DNA of 64,000 nt from Mizuhopecten yessoensis (taxonomy: Eukaryota). Shown here piece by piece: positions 12,690 to 26,775 of the stretch (positions are counted from its first letter, which is position 1; every line of letters begins with the position of its first letter). The stretch is taken from contig NW_018406560.1 of the NCBI RefSeq assembly GCF_002113885.1, forward strand, positions 361,713 to 425,712, in the 5' to 3' direction. The notes under the pieces are model-generated. The model saw nothing but the letters and a program-made list of their open reading frames with translations. It was not told where the DNA came from and ran no database searches. Both the position numbers and the translations under genes were made by a program.

Positions 12690-13612
12690 GAAATCTGATT
12701 TAGCTGACATCTGTGTACTAAATAACCTAACTTAACTGATACCTGTCTCTACAACAGTAAAACCTGACTTTGCTGACATCTGTCTATTACAGAAATCTGA
12801 CCTAGCTGACATCTGTCTATTACAGAAACCTGACCTAGCTGACTTTTGTCTATTATAGAACCCTGACCTAGCTGACATTTGTTTATTACTGAAATCTGAT
12901 CTAGCTGACATCTGTGTATTAAAAACCCTAACTTAACTGATACCTGTCTCTACAACAGTAAAAACGGACTTACTTGACACCTGCTCATTACAGGAACCTG
13001 ACCTACCTAACATCTGTCTATTACAGAAACCTGACCTAGCTGACATCTGTCTATTACAGAAACCTGACCAAGCTGACATATGTCTGTTACAGAAACCTAA
13101 CTAAGCTTACATCTGTTTATTACAGAAATCTGACCTAGCTGACATCTGTGTATTAAAAAACCTAACTTAACTGATACCTGTCTCTACAATAGTAAAACCT
13201 GACTTTGCTGACATCTGTCTATTACAGAAACCTGACCTTGCTGACATCTGTCTATTAGAGAAACCTGACTGAGCTGACATCTTTCTTTTACAATACCTGA
13301 CTTAACTGACACCTGTCTGTTACATCAAAACCGGACTTACTTGACACCTGCTCATTACAGAAACCTGACATAGCTGACATCTTTCTTTTACAAAAACCTG
13401 ACTATGGTAAGCTAACATGTCTATTATAACAAATTTGATGTAGCTGTCATCTGTTTATTACAGAAACCCTACTAAGCTGATATCTGTTTATTACAAAATC
13501 TGACCTAGCTGACACCTGCTTCCTACAGAAACCTGACTTAGCTGACACCTCTATGTTACAGCAAAATCTGACTTAACCGACATCTGTATTACAGAAACCT
13601 GACTTATCTGAC
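12690..13612. repeat. Degenerate minisatellite, ~33-bp unit (TTACAGAAACCTGACCTAGCTGACATCTGTCTA)
   Basis: Recurrent CTGAC...GCTGACATCTGT motif with ~33-bp period. Confidence 0.85.
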
Positions 13613-13619
13613 ACCATCA

Positions 13620-13850
13620 ATTGTCTGTCGTCCATAAACCTTTTACATTTTTAGCTCACCTGGACCTGTGGTGCGACATCCATCGGCGTCAACTTTTTCT
13701 GTAAAAGACTTCTTCTCAATAACCAATTAGCCTAGGGTAATTCAATTTGGCAAAAAGCATACATGCTGGGATGAAGGGCTACCAAGTTCATTCAAATGAT
13801 TGACCTCGCCCACTTTCAAGGTCACTGGGGTCAAATATGTTGAAATTTTT
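13620..13850 (+). mobile_element. Fragment of a pearl/HINE-type (Helentron-related) non-autonomous element
   Basis: TTTTTAGCTCACCTG start, GACTTCTTCTC...AACC and TGACCT/CAAGGTCA core motifs shared with 54318 and 60612 regions. Confidence 0.5.
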
Positions 13851-14246
13851 TCACACACGTGTACAATATTTCTCTTTATAGGGTAGTTTTAGTTTCTGAT
13901 CAAAGAACATCAATCTAGTAAAGAAAGGTTGTTTGTATAAAAGTCGAAATCCCCTGTTCTGTCAGTTGGACCAATGCAAGCACTGGGACCTTGAAGCAAT
14001 CTAGAATCAAAGTTGAAGTTTTCAGTGAAGGTTCCAGGTATCATTTGCTGGTATGTTTATTGCACTGTCTCAATGTGGACAGTTTTCCAATTAAAAGCAC
14101 TGATTATTATGTCAACAAATATATTTGGACTGTAAGACTCTTTCATGATCTCAGAGCCTTGGGCCTTATAAATAATAATGACTTAGTTGTCAATGACCTA
14201 ATGGTGTGTGTGTTTCTATAGTATATGTACTTATTGTGTGTTTCAG

Positions 14247-14366
14247 GGCAGTGAATGCACTTTTCGGTTTGAGCAGAGTGTTGACGTTGCTATAAAAACC
14301 ACTATGGCAATAAAGAGTGTCCAAGATGCCAAAAATTACTCCGCTTACAAGTATGCTCACACGTGA
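14247..14366 (+). CDS. Terminal coding exon of the unidentified gene (GSECTFRFEQSVDVAIKTTMAIKSVQDAKNYSAYKYAHT*)
   Basis: tgtgtgtttcag acceptor, phase 0, 39 codons then TGA; followed by UTR-like sequence. Confidence 0.65.
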   Translation, partial: GSECTFRFEQSVDVAIKTTMAIKSVQDAKNYSAYKYAHT

Positions 14367-16014
14367 CGGAGATACCTCACAGTCGCTGACTGGTCGGTAC
14401 TACCAAGGACGCACCACTGACTGACCAGTAGACGAATGACCCAATATTTGTTAACTGGTCAGTCAGCTCAGGACAAAAAGGAAAGAAGAGGACAACGTAC
14501 TACTGACCAGTCAGTGGGACCCCTGAAATTCTCCTATAAGAGTCTGCCAGCACAGACTTTGTGGTGGTTAAACCAAAACATATATGTGACACTGTTGTTG
14601 ATTGGTCAGTAACCCTAACCATATATATAACACTATTGTTGAATGGTCAGTTACATTTCATATTTGCAGTGCAATTTTGGTAGAAAAACATGGTGTTGAC
14701 ACAACATGAAATATACAAGGCCACCATGTTGTCAGCAACATGGCGGAACAGACGTTACTGTGAGAACAAGTGGTGTTAGAGTTAATACAGAAACTGACAT
14801 ATGCAGCGATATTGATTGACCTTGAGATCTATGACCTTGACCTTGTTATTTTGATTCATCGTTCTTTCATTCTGTATAGATACCCATTTTAATAGTTCAA
14901 TTGAGGTTGTATAATTGAATGAAGGAGATTTTATGAAAATTTGAAAATGGTCCATGCTCATTGAAAATCCCATATGTACTCATTATTGCTCATTGTACAT
15001 GAAATATTTTTCAATTTTTCCACATATTACTTGTCTGTGATTATTTGAAAGCAAACAAATTGAGATTTGATTTATTCCAGTAATTTTTTCGCTCTATAGA
15101 TGACCCCGGCCAGTTTATGCATTGTTTCTCCCTTGTTGATGCCTATTACTTGCCAGTGTATGCAGAGGTGATGAGATTTCACTTTCACAGATAAGATCAG
15201 GAGCGTTAGTCTTCACTCCCAGAGGTCACCTTGTGGGTCAGTGCTCCGAATGTTGGTTGGTGATTGGCTGTTGCACTCCATAGTTACAAACAGGACTGAT
15301 CAATATATCCCAACGGGTAATACAAATAAGTCTTATGATATATCCTACCTTTAGCTTGTCCTTGTAAAGTCACCAACTTTGAAACAAAAACTTTCATATC
15401 ATTGTAGGGTGATAAAATACCCCATTTCTGTTTCTCAAAACATGTGACAGAGGGTTCAATTTTTATTTCTCTCAGGGGTTAAACTTATACTTGCTTTCAC
15501 GATGGTGACTGGATGTAATTCATGTTTCGCAAAAGGGTTACAGGTTACTGTACCCGTAAAGGGTAAATTGAATTCCTCAAGTACAGTCTGCCCAAAGGAG
15601 ACTCGAGTGATTAGTTTGTTCCTAACAAACTGATGGTTGAAAGCTAGATAGGTAGTATCTATTCGAAAGGTCAATGATCTTGAATGACCATCCACAGCAC
15701 ACCTCTTTTAAAAAGCAATTGTATCCAGGAACCAATCAAATGTTTAGGAAAATGTGTAATTCCTGCCTTCAGCTAATCACATATCTTGAAAAGGGTGTTA
15801 TACCTCTGATCTGCGACAGCCAATCAGATGTCTGGGAATGCGGTTAATAGTTGGAGTATAACTTCTAATTGGTTGATAAGGTTTTTGTTTAATAGGAATA
15901 TTTACTGGCACAGATCTGATGGTCAAGGGCTCACACACAGTATGGTCAAAGTTGAGGTGGTCAACTAATCACAGGGTAGGGTCAATGTTTTAAGGTCGTC
16001 AGCAGAGGTCCTGT

Positions 16015-16105
16015 TTAAATTATTCACCCCTGAAACTTCATAATGAACTATTCCACCCTTTGAATTGGAAGGGTTCAAATGTGTTTTCAGGGGTGAATGA
16101 GTTAT
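16015..16105. mobile_element. TTAA-flanked MITE, family B
   Basis: ATTCACCCCTGAA...TTCAGGGGTGAAT inverted termini; copies at 31927 and 57229. Confidence 0.8.
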
Positions 16106-16499
16106 TAAATGAAACGATCTTGCAACATGGTACAGTTGTTGCAGTATTATGAAAAATATATAGTTGGGTTTTATGATTGAAAACAAACCTTTCTGGTGAA
16201 ATAGCTCAGAGTGAAGGAAATTGTATGAAATTTGACCATTGACTGACAACCAGTATTTTGTTTTAATATCTATCTTTTTTTATATGAGATAAAATAATTA
16301 CCAGTATGTTACTAAAAGATAACATACCTCTTCCTCAAACTATATTGAGATCAATGTTTAATAAAACAACAATGAAAAATATATGGTCTGGAAACTTCGT
16401 AATACAGCCAGCGAGACAGTATAATAAGAGGTTTCGTATAGGAAAATGGAAACATTGACTAACGGGATAAATAAGGCTTGTCTGTTCCTTCAAACATTG

Positions 16500-17155
16500 C
16501 CCGCTGATACAAGGTTTGACCACTGTCACAAGGGTTGACCGCTGACACAAGGTTTGACCTTTGTTACAAGGGTTGACCACTGATGCAAGGTTTGACCTTT
16601 GTTACAAGGTTTGACCTTTGTTACAAGGTTTGACCACTGATACAAGGTTTGACCTTTGTTACAAGGATTGACCACTGATACAAGTGTTGACAATTGTTAC
16701 AAGGGTTGATCATTGATACAAGGTTTGACCTTTGTTACAAGGGTTGACCACTGTTACAAGTGTTGACCTTTGTTACAAGGATTGACCACTGATACAAGGG
16801 TTGACCACTGATACAAGGTTTGACCTTTGTTACAAGGATTGACCACTGATACAAGGTTTGACCTTTGTTACAAGTGTTGACCACTGATACAAGGTTTGAC
16901 TTTTGTTACAAGGATTGACCACTGTTACATGGTTTGACCACTGATACAAGGGTTGACCACTGATACAAGGGTTGACCACTGATACAAGTGTTGACCACTG
17001 ATACAAGTGTTGACCACTGATACAAGGGTTGACCACTGTTACAAGGATTGACCACTGATACAAGGTTTGACCACTGATGCCAGGGTTGACCACTGATACA
17101 AGTGTTGACCACTCATGCCAGTGTTGACCACTGATACAAGTGTTGACAACTGATC
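16500..17155. repeat. Minisatellite, 19-bp unit (TGATACAAGGGTTGACCAC)
   Basis: About 34 copies. Confidence 0.95.
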
Positions 17156-18682
17156 TTTGTCGCAAAGTTCTGACCTAACTTTTTATATTACCTCTCACAC
17201 AGTTATTCTATTTTATCTTTCTAAAACACAATCCAGTTACCTCCCTTTACAAAGTGAAATACTTCCCCAAACGAACATTTTTGCTATTTGTATAACTTTT
17301 CATTTGGATGTGATCCTACTTTTTTGTTGTTGCTAGGTAACGATATAAAATATTAAGTATCTAAGTGACACGTATTTTGAGATTGATTGATATATATAAA
17401 TGTGTATAATATTGCGTATTGAGTATATTACAAATCAAAAACCAGGCGGAGCCATTACACATGTATGTTAGTAGTAAGAAATCTTTTATGTACAAAATTG
17501 TAAACTTTATTTCTATACTGCATACCATTCCATAGTTACCATATAGTACCATGTTACTCCTGTCGTTACACCTAGTAACCTTTCACTAATTATCACCATC
17601 TCCATGGCAACCAATCTTGACCTTTCAACTTAAGACTGGAACCGGTATGATTTTGTATCTTTGTTGAAGCGTTTGTGCTGTTAACATGACGGTATGGAAT
17701 GCAATGTTGTTATTTGCTAATTAGTATTACAAATTCTTCCAGGAATGAAAGTTGAGTATAAAATAACCTTTTATGATGATAATAGAAAGGTGACACCTGT
17801 TAAACTGATTATTGTATAGACAAATAATGACATTGAAAGACTTGGTTTGTGCCCTAATATCTTGGTTGTTGAGTAGCTGTTGAGACTGTTGTAAGTTCTA
17901 TTATACAAGCTAAGCTACACTGGTGTTTATATTTGTTATACATTGTATGTATTTTGATACGCATTGATTAAGACTGCGATGTAGAGTTGTGGATTGTTTT
18001 CACAAAAAAAATTATACACAATTGTTTTTAGATGCATAATTATGAAAATGATTGCTAGAAAATCAGGGTTTGTTTAAGTTTTTGTTTTGTTTCTAATTTT
18101 AAAACATATTCAAATTTTTATTTGATAAAAAATATTGAGATAACTGCTACAATATCAGTATTTTTATTAGGTAGGGGGGAAAATCAGAAGAATTTTAAAA
18201 TTGTTGATGAATGAATAAAAATCTGGACTATTGGAAAACAGATCAATGTCAGATTAGTGTTTTCAAAAGTATTTTCCACAAAGGTTCATTTGGTAAATAA
18301 TTATTTGGTCAAAAGTTGGAAAATCAATTAAGGTCAGTTTGTGTGTTTTTTATTGGTGAATACCATCTATATATGCAATCAGAAATTGTCACAACAATTG
18401 ATGTTACAGATATTAACTGCTCAACTATGTATATGTTTGGTAATGTCAATATAAGCAGTGGACAATTACAAGCTATCAGTTTGATACTGATTGTTAATTC
18501 TAAATGACCATTTAAGTGTAAAAATGAATTAAAACAACTTAGTTAGTAACTGCTTATATACGGAATTAATTCTGAGATCAAGTTTGATTTGAGACGATGA
18601 GCTATATTAACATAAGTGTTACGTGGTAGGAAAGTCCAGTTGTATCAAGCCCAACAACTTCATATTAAATTAAACGTGAATG

Positions 18683-19947
18683 AATGTGTATTTTACTGGA
18701 GCCTGATCAGTTGGAATCCAAGAACACGTGTATAAATGTGTATTTTACCTGAGCGTGATCAGTTGGGGTCCCAGAACACGTGTATAAATGTGTATTTTAC
18801 CTGAGCATGATCAGTTGGAGTCCCAGAACACGTGTATAAATGTGTATTTTACCTGAGTGTGATCAGTTGGGAGTCCAAGAACACATGTATAAATATGTAT
18901 TTTACCTGAGCATGATCAGTTGGAGTCCCAGAACACATGTATAAATATGTATTTTACCTGAGTGTGATCAGTTGGGGTCTCGGAACATGTGTATAAATGT
19001 GTATTTTACCTGAGTGTGATCAGTTGGGGTCTCGGAACACATGTATAAATGTGTATTTTACCTGAGCGTGATCAGTTGGGGAGTCCAAGAACACATGTAT
19101 AAATGTGTATTTTACTGGAGCGTGATCAGTTGGAGTCCCAGAACACATGTATAAATGTGTATTTTACCTGAGTGTGATCAGTTGGGAGTCCAAGAACACG
19201 TGTATAAATATGTATTTTACCTGAGTGTGATCAGTTGGGGTCTCGGAACATGTGTATAAATGTGTATTTTACCTGAGTGTGATCAGTTGGGGTCTCGGAA
19301 CACATGTATAAATGTGTATTTTACCTGAGCGTGATCAGTTGGGGAGTCCAAGAACACATGTATAAATGTGTATTTTACTGGAGCGTGATCAGTTGGAGTC
19401 CCAGAACACATGTATAAATGTGTATTTTACCTGAGTGTGATCAGTTTGAGTCCCAGAACACATGTATAAATGTGTATTTAACCTGAGTGTGATCAGTTGG
19501 GAGTCCAAGAACACGTGTATAAATGTGTATTTTACCCGAGTGTGATCAGTTGGAGTCCCAGAACACGTGTATAAATGTGTATTTTACCTGAGTGTGATCA
19601 GTTGGGAGTACCAGAACATGTGTATAAATGTGTATTTTACCTGAGCGTGATCAGTTGGAGTCCCAGAACACATGTATAAATATGTATTTTACTGGAGTTT
19701 GATCTGTTGGGAGTCCAAGAACACGTGTATAAATGTGTATTTTACCTGAGCGTGGTCAGTTGGAGTCCCAGAACACATGTATAAATATGTATTTTACCTG
19801 AGTGTGATCAGTTGGAGTCCCAGAACACATGTATACATGTATATTTTACCTGAGCGTAATGAGTTGGGGTCTCGGAACACGTTTATAAATGTGTATTTTA
19901 CTGAAGTGAGAATCAGTTGGAGTTCCAGAACAAGTGTATAAATGTAT
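18683..19947. repeat. Minisatellite, ~52-bp unit (AAATGTGTATTTTACCTGAGTGTGATCAGTTGGAGTCCCAGAACACATGTAT)
   Basis: About 24 copies. Confidence 0.95.
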
Positions 19948-20194
19948 TATATAATGTTTGCATTTATAATTATCGTGAAAAACATTGGTTATTAATATTT
20001 TACCTGAACATGTCAAGTTATTGGACTTTTTACAACTGGATGAGGTTTCCTAATGGACGTTTGGTCAAGCTCTTAGGTCCAACTCGGATTGTTATGAGCT
20101 AATATTGTTAACAATAACTTCCATATTAAGATTCAAAATAAAGTGATAAAAACAAAGAAAATTGAGTGTAAAGGGTTCAGTGTCTACTATAGAA

Positions 20195-20550
20195 CAAGGG
20201 AGATAACTCTCACAGAAATCAAACTGTAGCATGTAAGGTAAGGTGTGTAGTATTTATTCATAAGGGAGATAACTCTCATAAATATCACAGGTGTAAAGTG
20301 ATTAAATAATTACAGGTATAATGTGTAATGTAGCATGTATCCTTAAGGGCAACCCTAACAAATAATGACAGGTAAAATCTGTAATGTAACATGTAGCCCT
20401 AACAAATAATGACAGGTAAAATGGGTAAGGTAGCATGTATCCTTAAGGGAGACAACCCTAATAAATAATTACAGGTATAATGTGTAAGGTAGCATGTATA
20501 ATCCTTAATGGAGAAAACTCTAACACAGATCACAGGTGTAATGTGTGAGA
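20195..20550. repeat. Degenerate ~60-bp tandem repeat (AAGGGAGATAACTCT...ACAGGTATAATGTGTAAGGTAGCATGTA)
   Basis: 5-6 diverged copies. Confidence 0.6.
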
Positions 20551-20981
20551 TAGTATATAACTTATAATATACATAATAATAATCCAGAAAAGAACTTATT
20601 CAGGAATTTTTGATAAACAAGTTTCCACTCTACACAAAAAGGGGGTGCAGAGTCCAAATGAGCCTGGATACTGAATAGCTATGATGTCGGGGGCACAGCC
20701 ATTTTTGTTTTGTTTGATGTGGTTTGAATTTTGTGATGACTGTTGAGGAGATGTGACACTACCTTCAAAATATGCAATTTGATGATGAACCCAGTCACTC
20801 CTGTACAGCACCAGTGTTAGAAACCATGGAGTGTTGTGCACCTAGGGTTTGATTAGAGAGTGTGTGTTGATTTAGGCTGCCGTACACTTGTAGGTACATG
20901 TGGCAGACTGGACATTTTTTATTTATATACTTTTTAAGAATTCACATATTTATTGCATTCATGGAACAGTGAAACCTGCCT

Positions 20982-21073
20982 TTAACCCTTGCACCACTGT
21001 AGACCATAATGAACGCATCCCAATAAATGCATGGATGAGTCCACTAAAGTTACCTAGGGGTGAAAAGGGTTAA
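20982..21073. mobile_element. TTAA-flanked piggyBac-type MITE, family A
   Basis: TTAA-CCCTTGCACC...GGTGAAAAGGG-TTAA. Confidence 0.85.
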
Positions 21074-21084
21074 ACAGTACCCTT

Positions 21085-21281
21085 CTAATGGACATCTCTT
21101 TAATGGACAATTCTTTACAGTGAACATCTGTCTATAATGAACTTCTGTCTATAGTGGACATTTGTATATAATGAACTTCTGTCTATAGTGGACATTTGTA
21201 TATAATGGACTTGTGTCTATAGTGGACATTTGTATATAATGGACTTGTGTCTATAGTGGACATTTGTATATAATGGACAAT
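21085..21281. repeat. Short tandem repeat, 17-bp subunits forming ~34-bp dimers (TCTATAGTGGACATTTGTATATAATGGACTTGTG)
   Basis: Direct repeats visible. Confidence 0.8.
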
Positions 21282-22922
21282 TGTTTACATAATTAACCTA
21301 GGAAGGAAGAGAAACTCTTTAGTTAAGAGGTTTCTAGCCGAATTTTCACACATGTACAGAAAATGTGACCCTATACTGAAGGTATTACTAGCGGGATTTA
21401 CATACAGAAAGTGTGACCCTATACCTAAGGTGCTCCTGGCAGGTTTCACATGTATAATATGTTCTATAGTATCTTCCTTTTGCTGTATCACTTTGTATTT
21501 TTCTGTTATCTAACTAATGAATCTGGAATCTAATCGATAAAGAATATTTTTGAAAATATCCATGTGAAAAGAAAATATTCCTGATTTTCATCAAGTATTT
21601 ATTCTGGTTAAAAAATAAATAATTAAAAAGAGATTTATGTCCAGCCAGATGATCTCTGAGATTTAGAATACAAGCCGTCACATAAGAAGGAGGAGGAGGA
21701 GGAGGTCGGGAGGGGCCCCTCAAGATTTACAGTTTTATAGATATGTAGTTTTCTACCTGTTGCAGCCTGGTCAGGGTGTGTCCTGATGTATTTAACCCGT
21801 CCCAATGTAGATATATCACCGACTCATAGTCTTGGTAGTCTTTTAGTGTCGAACCCAACCTGCTGCATGTTCAAGCTTCTCATACAACCACCGATGATTC
21901 ATTTTATTTGTACTGCAAACTTTAAAACAATTGTTTGTACCTGTCTTATTCTTTAAAATGCTTCTTTTCCCCTTCTCCCTGAGCAATACATAATGATAGA
22001 ATCATTTTGTAACTAGTTATTCATAGATTTTTTTCCCTTCTGAAATTTTATCTTCCGTGAATTGACAACAAACAAATAACTACTCTAAAAGTAGAATATG
22101 GAAGTTAAACCAAGGTACTGCGACTATTTAAAATACTCAAATTTTTGAATTTCGAATGACAGAGATTTATGAGAAGGTCCTGATGAAATTTTATAAATAC
22201 ACATGTATATACTCCTACTAAAAATCACAAGTAATATTTAATAAAACTAAGCAGAATGATGGACAGAGTATCTGGACTGAATGTGAAATCTCTTTATGTT
22301 TCCCCAAAGTACCTGTCGGGATTATGTCCCCTGTTTGAAATCTTCAAATAAAATAAAATAAACCTGGATCAATGTTCGTTCTGCCCTTCCATTGATCAAC
22401 CTATACGAGGCACTAAGATTGTTTAACGTTGTTGATATTTCTTGCATTTTGTTATAGCTCAAGTCCTGTTTACTTTAAGAGTAAACAGACTGATGTGCAC
22501 TTAATGTACATGGTTTCTTTCTTTTTTTACATCAAAGCACATTTATGCATGCCGTTTTGTCGGTGTTTCATCATCGTGATTTATATTAACATGTGATTTG
22601 GTGTTGAGGGCGTGGGCTTGTTTTTTTTGTTATTTACTTGCCTTTTTACAGTGAGTTTTTTGTGTGTTAAGCTATATTGTGATAATAGTATTTATAGCAC
22701 CCATCATGTAACAGTTTGTGTCAAGGTTGTCTCCCTTTATCATCAAACTGCTACCTCAGCAGTCAGAAGTTGTGTAGAGAGATACACATACTTGTTACAT
22801 TTGATCATTCAGTTGATCAGAATTAGTTTGAATTTTTACTCTTTCATCTGATAAGAGTAAAACTAGTCACTTTATAAAATTAAGATTTTACATAAGGATA
22901 AACTGAGTGTCTCTAATTATCA

Positions 22923-23015
22923 TTAACCCTTTCACCACTGTAGACCATAATGGACTCATCCAGATCAATGCAATTGGTAGAGTCTACTTAAGTTAAATAG
23001 GGATGAAAGGGTTAA
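22923..23015. mobile_element. TTAA-flanked piggyBac-type MITE, family A
   Basis: TTAA-CCCTTTCACC...GATGAAAGGG-TTAA. Confidence 0.85.
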
Positions 23016-23696
23016 ACTTCATCAAAATTTATCTCAAAACATGTCAAACATATTTTGGAAAATTAAATAGTCAGTTGAATGTTTTCCCTGACATTTTGAA
23101 TTTGGAGTATCAGATTTATGATTGGTCTATTCTAGTTTCTGCAGGTGACCAATCATAGTGCAAGTCATTAAAGCTCAAGGGAAGTAACTTCTAACACAAA
23201 ATGTCACTTTTTAAAACAAAAGTTTTATTTGCCCTTATTTAAGATTTTTTACTTTTAGAAAAATGAATTTGTGTTTGTCTTTACATTTCCAATTTATTAA
23301 AGCAAGATTTTGACATTTTAATGTCACCCTTTTATTGGGATTTTTTAAATTCCAACATTAAAAGAGCTGTTGATGTTTTTAAACTCTTTATCTGCATACT
23401 AAGTTGCATGTGGTGCATGCTGGTACACAACCATGATAGCCTCCATCATCCTCCCAACACATTTATACTGTGTTCATTGCTCTCTGTACAGTGTCGCGAA
23501 ACACCCAGTGGTCACTGGTTGTGTGCCGACAGCTACAACCGTATTAATTATAATAAACATATATATATATATTTATGTATATTACAGTGTAACCATTACT
23601 GTAAAAGATTTTTCTTTCTCCTTTTTTGCGATGTGGATAGGTTATATAGAGACTTATGACAAAATCATGGATACATCACTGACTTTTCACAAAGGA

Positions 23697-24815
23697 ATGA
23701 CTGATGACCAAAGTGACTCTCCATAGACGTATGACTGATGACCTTAGTGATTCTCCATAGACGTATGACTGCACATGTACAGATGACATTAGTGATTCTC
23801 CAGACGTATGACTGATGACCTTGGTGATTCTCTATAGACGTATGACTGATGACCTTAGTGATTCTCCATAGATGTATGACTGATGACCTTAGTGATTCTC
23901 TATAGACGTATGACTGATGACCTTAGTGACTCTCCAGACGTATGACTGATGACCTTAGTGATTCTCTATAGACGTATGACTGATGACCTTAGTGATTCTC
24001 CAGACGTATGACTGATGACCTTAGTGATTCTCTATAGACGTATGACTGATGACCTTAGTGATTCTCCATAGACGTATGACTGATGACCTTAGTGATTCTC
24101 CATAGACGTATGACTGATGACCTTAGTGATTCTCCATAGACGTATGACTGATGACCTTAGTGATTCTCCATAGACGTATGACTGATGACCTTAGTGATTC
24201 TCCATAGACGTATGACTGATGACCTTAGTGATTCTCCATAGACGTATGACTGATGACCTTAGTGATTCTCCATAGACGTATGACTGATGACCTTAGTGAT
24301 TCTCCATAGACGTATGACTGATGACCTTAGTGATTCTCCATAGACGTATGACTGATGACCTTAGTGATTCTCCATAGACGTATGACTGATGACCTTAGTG
24401 ATTCTCCATAGACGTATGACTGATGACCTTAGTGATTCTCCATAGACGTATGACTGATGACCTTAGTGATTCTCCATAGACGTATGACTGATGACCTTAG
24501 TGATTCTCTATAGACGTATGACTGATGACCTTAGTGATTCTCCATAGACGTATGACTGATGACCTTAGTGACTCTCCAGACGTATGACTGATGACCTTAG
24601 TGATTCTCTATAGACGTATGACTGATGACCTTAGTGATTCTCTATAGACGTATGACTGATGACCTTAGTGACTCTCCAGACGTATGACTGATGACATTAG
24701 TGATTCTCCATAGACGTATGACTGATGACCAAAGTGACTCTCCATAGACGTATGACTGATGACCTTAGTGACTCTCCATAGACGTATGACTGATGACATA
24801 AGTGACTCTCCATAA
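23697..24815. repeat. Minisatellite, 34-bp unit (TATGACTGATGACCTTAGTGATTCTCCATAGACG)
   Basis: About 33 copies with a homogeneous core. Confidence 0.97.
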
Positions 24816-24877
24816 ATGTAGACTGTTAACAACAGTGACCCCCTGAAGAGGCACAACTGATGATTTTATTAACACCT

Positions 24878-25312
24878 CATAGATGTATGGTTGATGAATA
24901 CAATGACACATTAGATGTATGATTGATGAACACAATGACACATTAGACGTAAGATTGATGAACACAATGACTCATTAGACGTAAGATTGATGAACACAAT
25001 GACACATTAGACGTATGATTGATGAACACAATGACTCATTAGATGTATGATTGATGAACACAATGACACATTAGACGTATGATTGATGAATACAATGACA
25101 CATTAGATGTATGATTGATGAACACAATGACTCATTAGACGTATGATCGATGAACACAATGACACATTAGACGTATGATTGATGAATACAATGACACATT
25201 AGACGTATGATTGATGAATACAATGACTCATTAGACGTATGATTGATGAACACAATGACACATTAGACGTATGATTGATGAATACAATGACACATTAGAC
25301 ATATGATTGTTG
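24878..25312. repeat. Minisatellite, 32-bp unit (TAGACGTATGATTGATGAACACAATGACACAT)
   Basis: About 13 copies; shares TAGACGTATGA-TGATGA with the preceding array. Confidence 0.95.
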
Positions 25313-25710
25313 AGCTTAGTGACATATGACAGATGCCCATATAGTCTCTATAGACTCTATAGAAGTATGACAGTTCTCTAAAACATGTGTTTATCTTAAT
25401 ATCACATATCAGAAAGTAACCATTGTTATCTTACGTGGCATTTTTGGAGCTCATTGGTACCTTTGACGTCACAAATACATGCTGTAAAATCAGTGACGTC
25501 TCATATAAGTCATACCATCCCATTGGGGATTAATAGGTTAACTCTCAGTGTAGACATTTACACGATTTATTGAAAAGATATGAGAGAACCTTTTTCAATC
25601 ATGTCTGTTAAGAGGACTATTCCCTTTGAGGTATGGATAAGGACACCCTTGTCAAAGTCACATGTAACTTACCCCTATACACACTCTCTATTAACTCCAC
25701 ATTGGTGTAC

Positions 25711-26130
25711 GACTTACCAGTGACTTGTCTTAGATTTACAAGTGACTTGTCTTAAGACTTAACAGTGACTTGTCTTAGACTTACCAGTGACTTGTCTTAG
25801 ACTTACAAGTGACTTGTCTTAAACTTACAAGTGAATTGTCCTAAACTTACAAGTGACTTGTCTTAGATTTACAAGTGACTTGTATTAGACTTACAAGTGA
25901 CTTGTCTTAGACTTACAAGTGACTTGTCTTAGATTTACAAGTGACTTGTCTTAGACTTAACAGTGACTTGTCTTAGACTTACCAGTGACTTGTCTTAGAC
26001 TTACAAGTGACTTGTCTTAAACTTACCAGTGACTTGTCTTAGACTTACAAGTGACTTGACTTGTCTTAGATTTACAAGTGACTTGTATTAGACTTACAAG
26101 TGACTTGTCTAAGACTTACCAGTGACTGAC
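25711..26130. repeat. Minisatellite, 22-bp unit (GACTTACAAGTGACTTGTCTTA)
   Basis: About 19 copies; internal ACAAGT-G-ACTTGT palindrome. Confidence 0.95.
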
Positions 26131-26217
26131 TCACTATGACATGTGACTGACTTGTGACTCACCTGGGATTCATGTTTAACCATTGACTAATGACCATCCA
26201 CAGATTCTCTTGTGAAT

Positions 26218-26775
26218 ACATGACTGACCACTGACTTTAGGAATGTATGACTGACCAGTGGCTTTATGAATGTATGACTGACCAGTGACTTTAGGAATGT
26301 ATGACTGACCAGTGACCTAAGGAATGTACTGCTGACCAGCGACCTTAGGAATGTAGGACTGACCAGTGACTTCAGGAATGAACAACTGACCAGTGGCTTT
26401 AGGAATGTATGACTGACCAGTGACTTTAGGAATGTATGACTGACCAGTGACCTCAGGAATGTACTGCTGACCAGCGACCTTAGGAATGTAGGACTGACCA
26501 GTGACTTCAGGAATGAACTGACCAGTGGCTTTAGGAATGTATGACTGACCAGTGACGTTAGGAATGTATGACTGACCAGCGACTTAAGAAATGTATGACT
26601 GACCAGTGACCTTAGGAATGCATGACTGACCAGTGACTTTAGGAATGTATGTCTGACCAGTGACTTTAGGAATGTAGGACTGACCACTGACTTTAGGAAT
26701 GTATGACTGACCACTGACTTTAGGAATGTATGACTGACCAGCGACTTTAGGAATGTATGACTGACCAGCGACTCT
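26218..26775. repeat. Minisatellite, 27-bp unit (TGACTGACCAGTGACTTTAGGAATGTA)
   Basis: About 20 copies. Confidence 0.95.
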
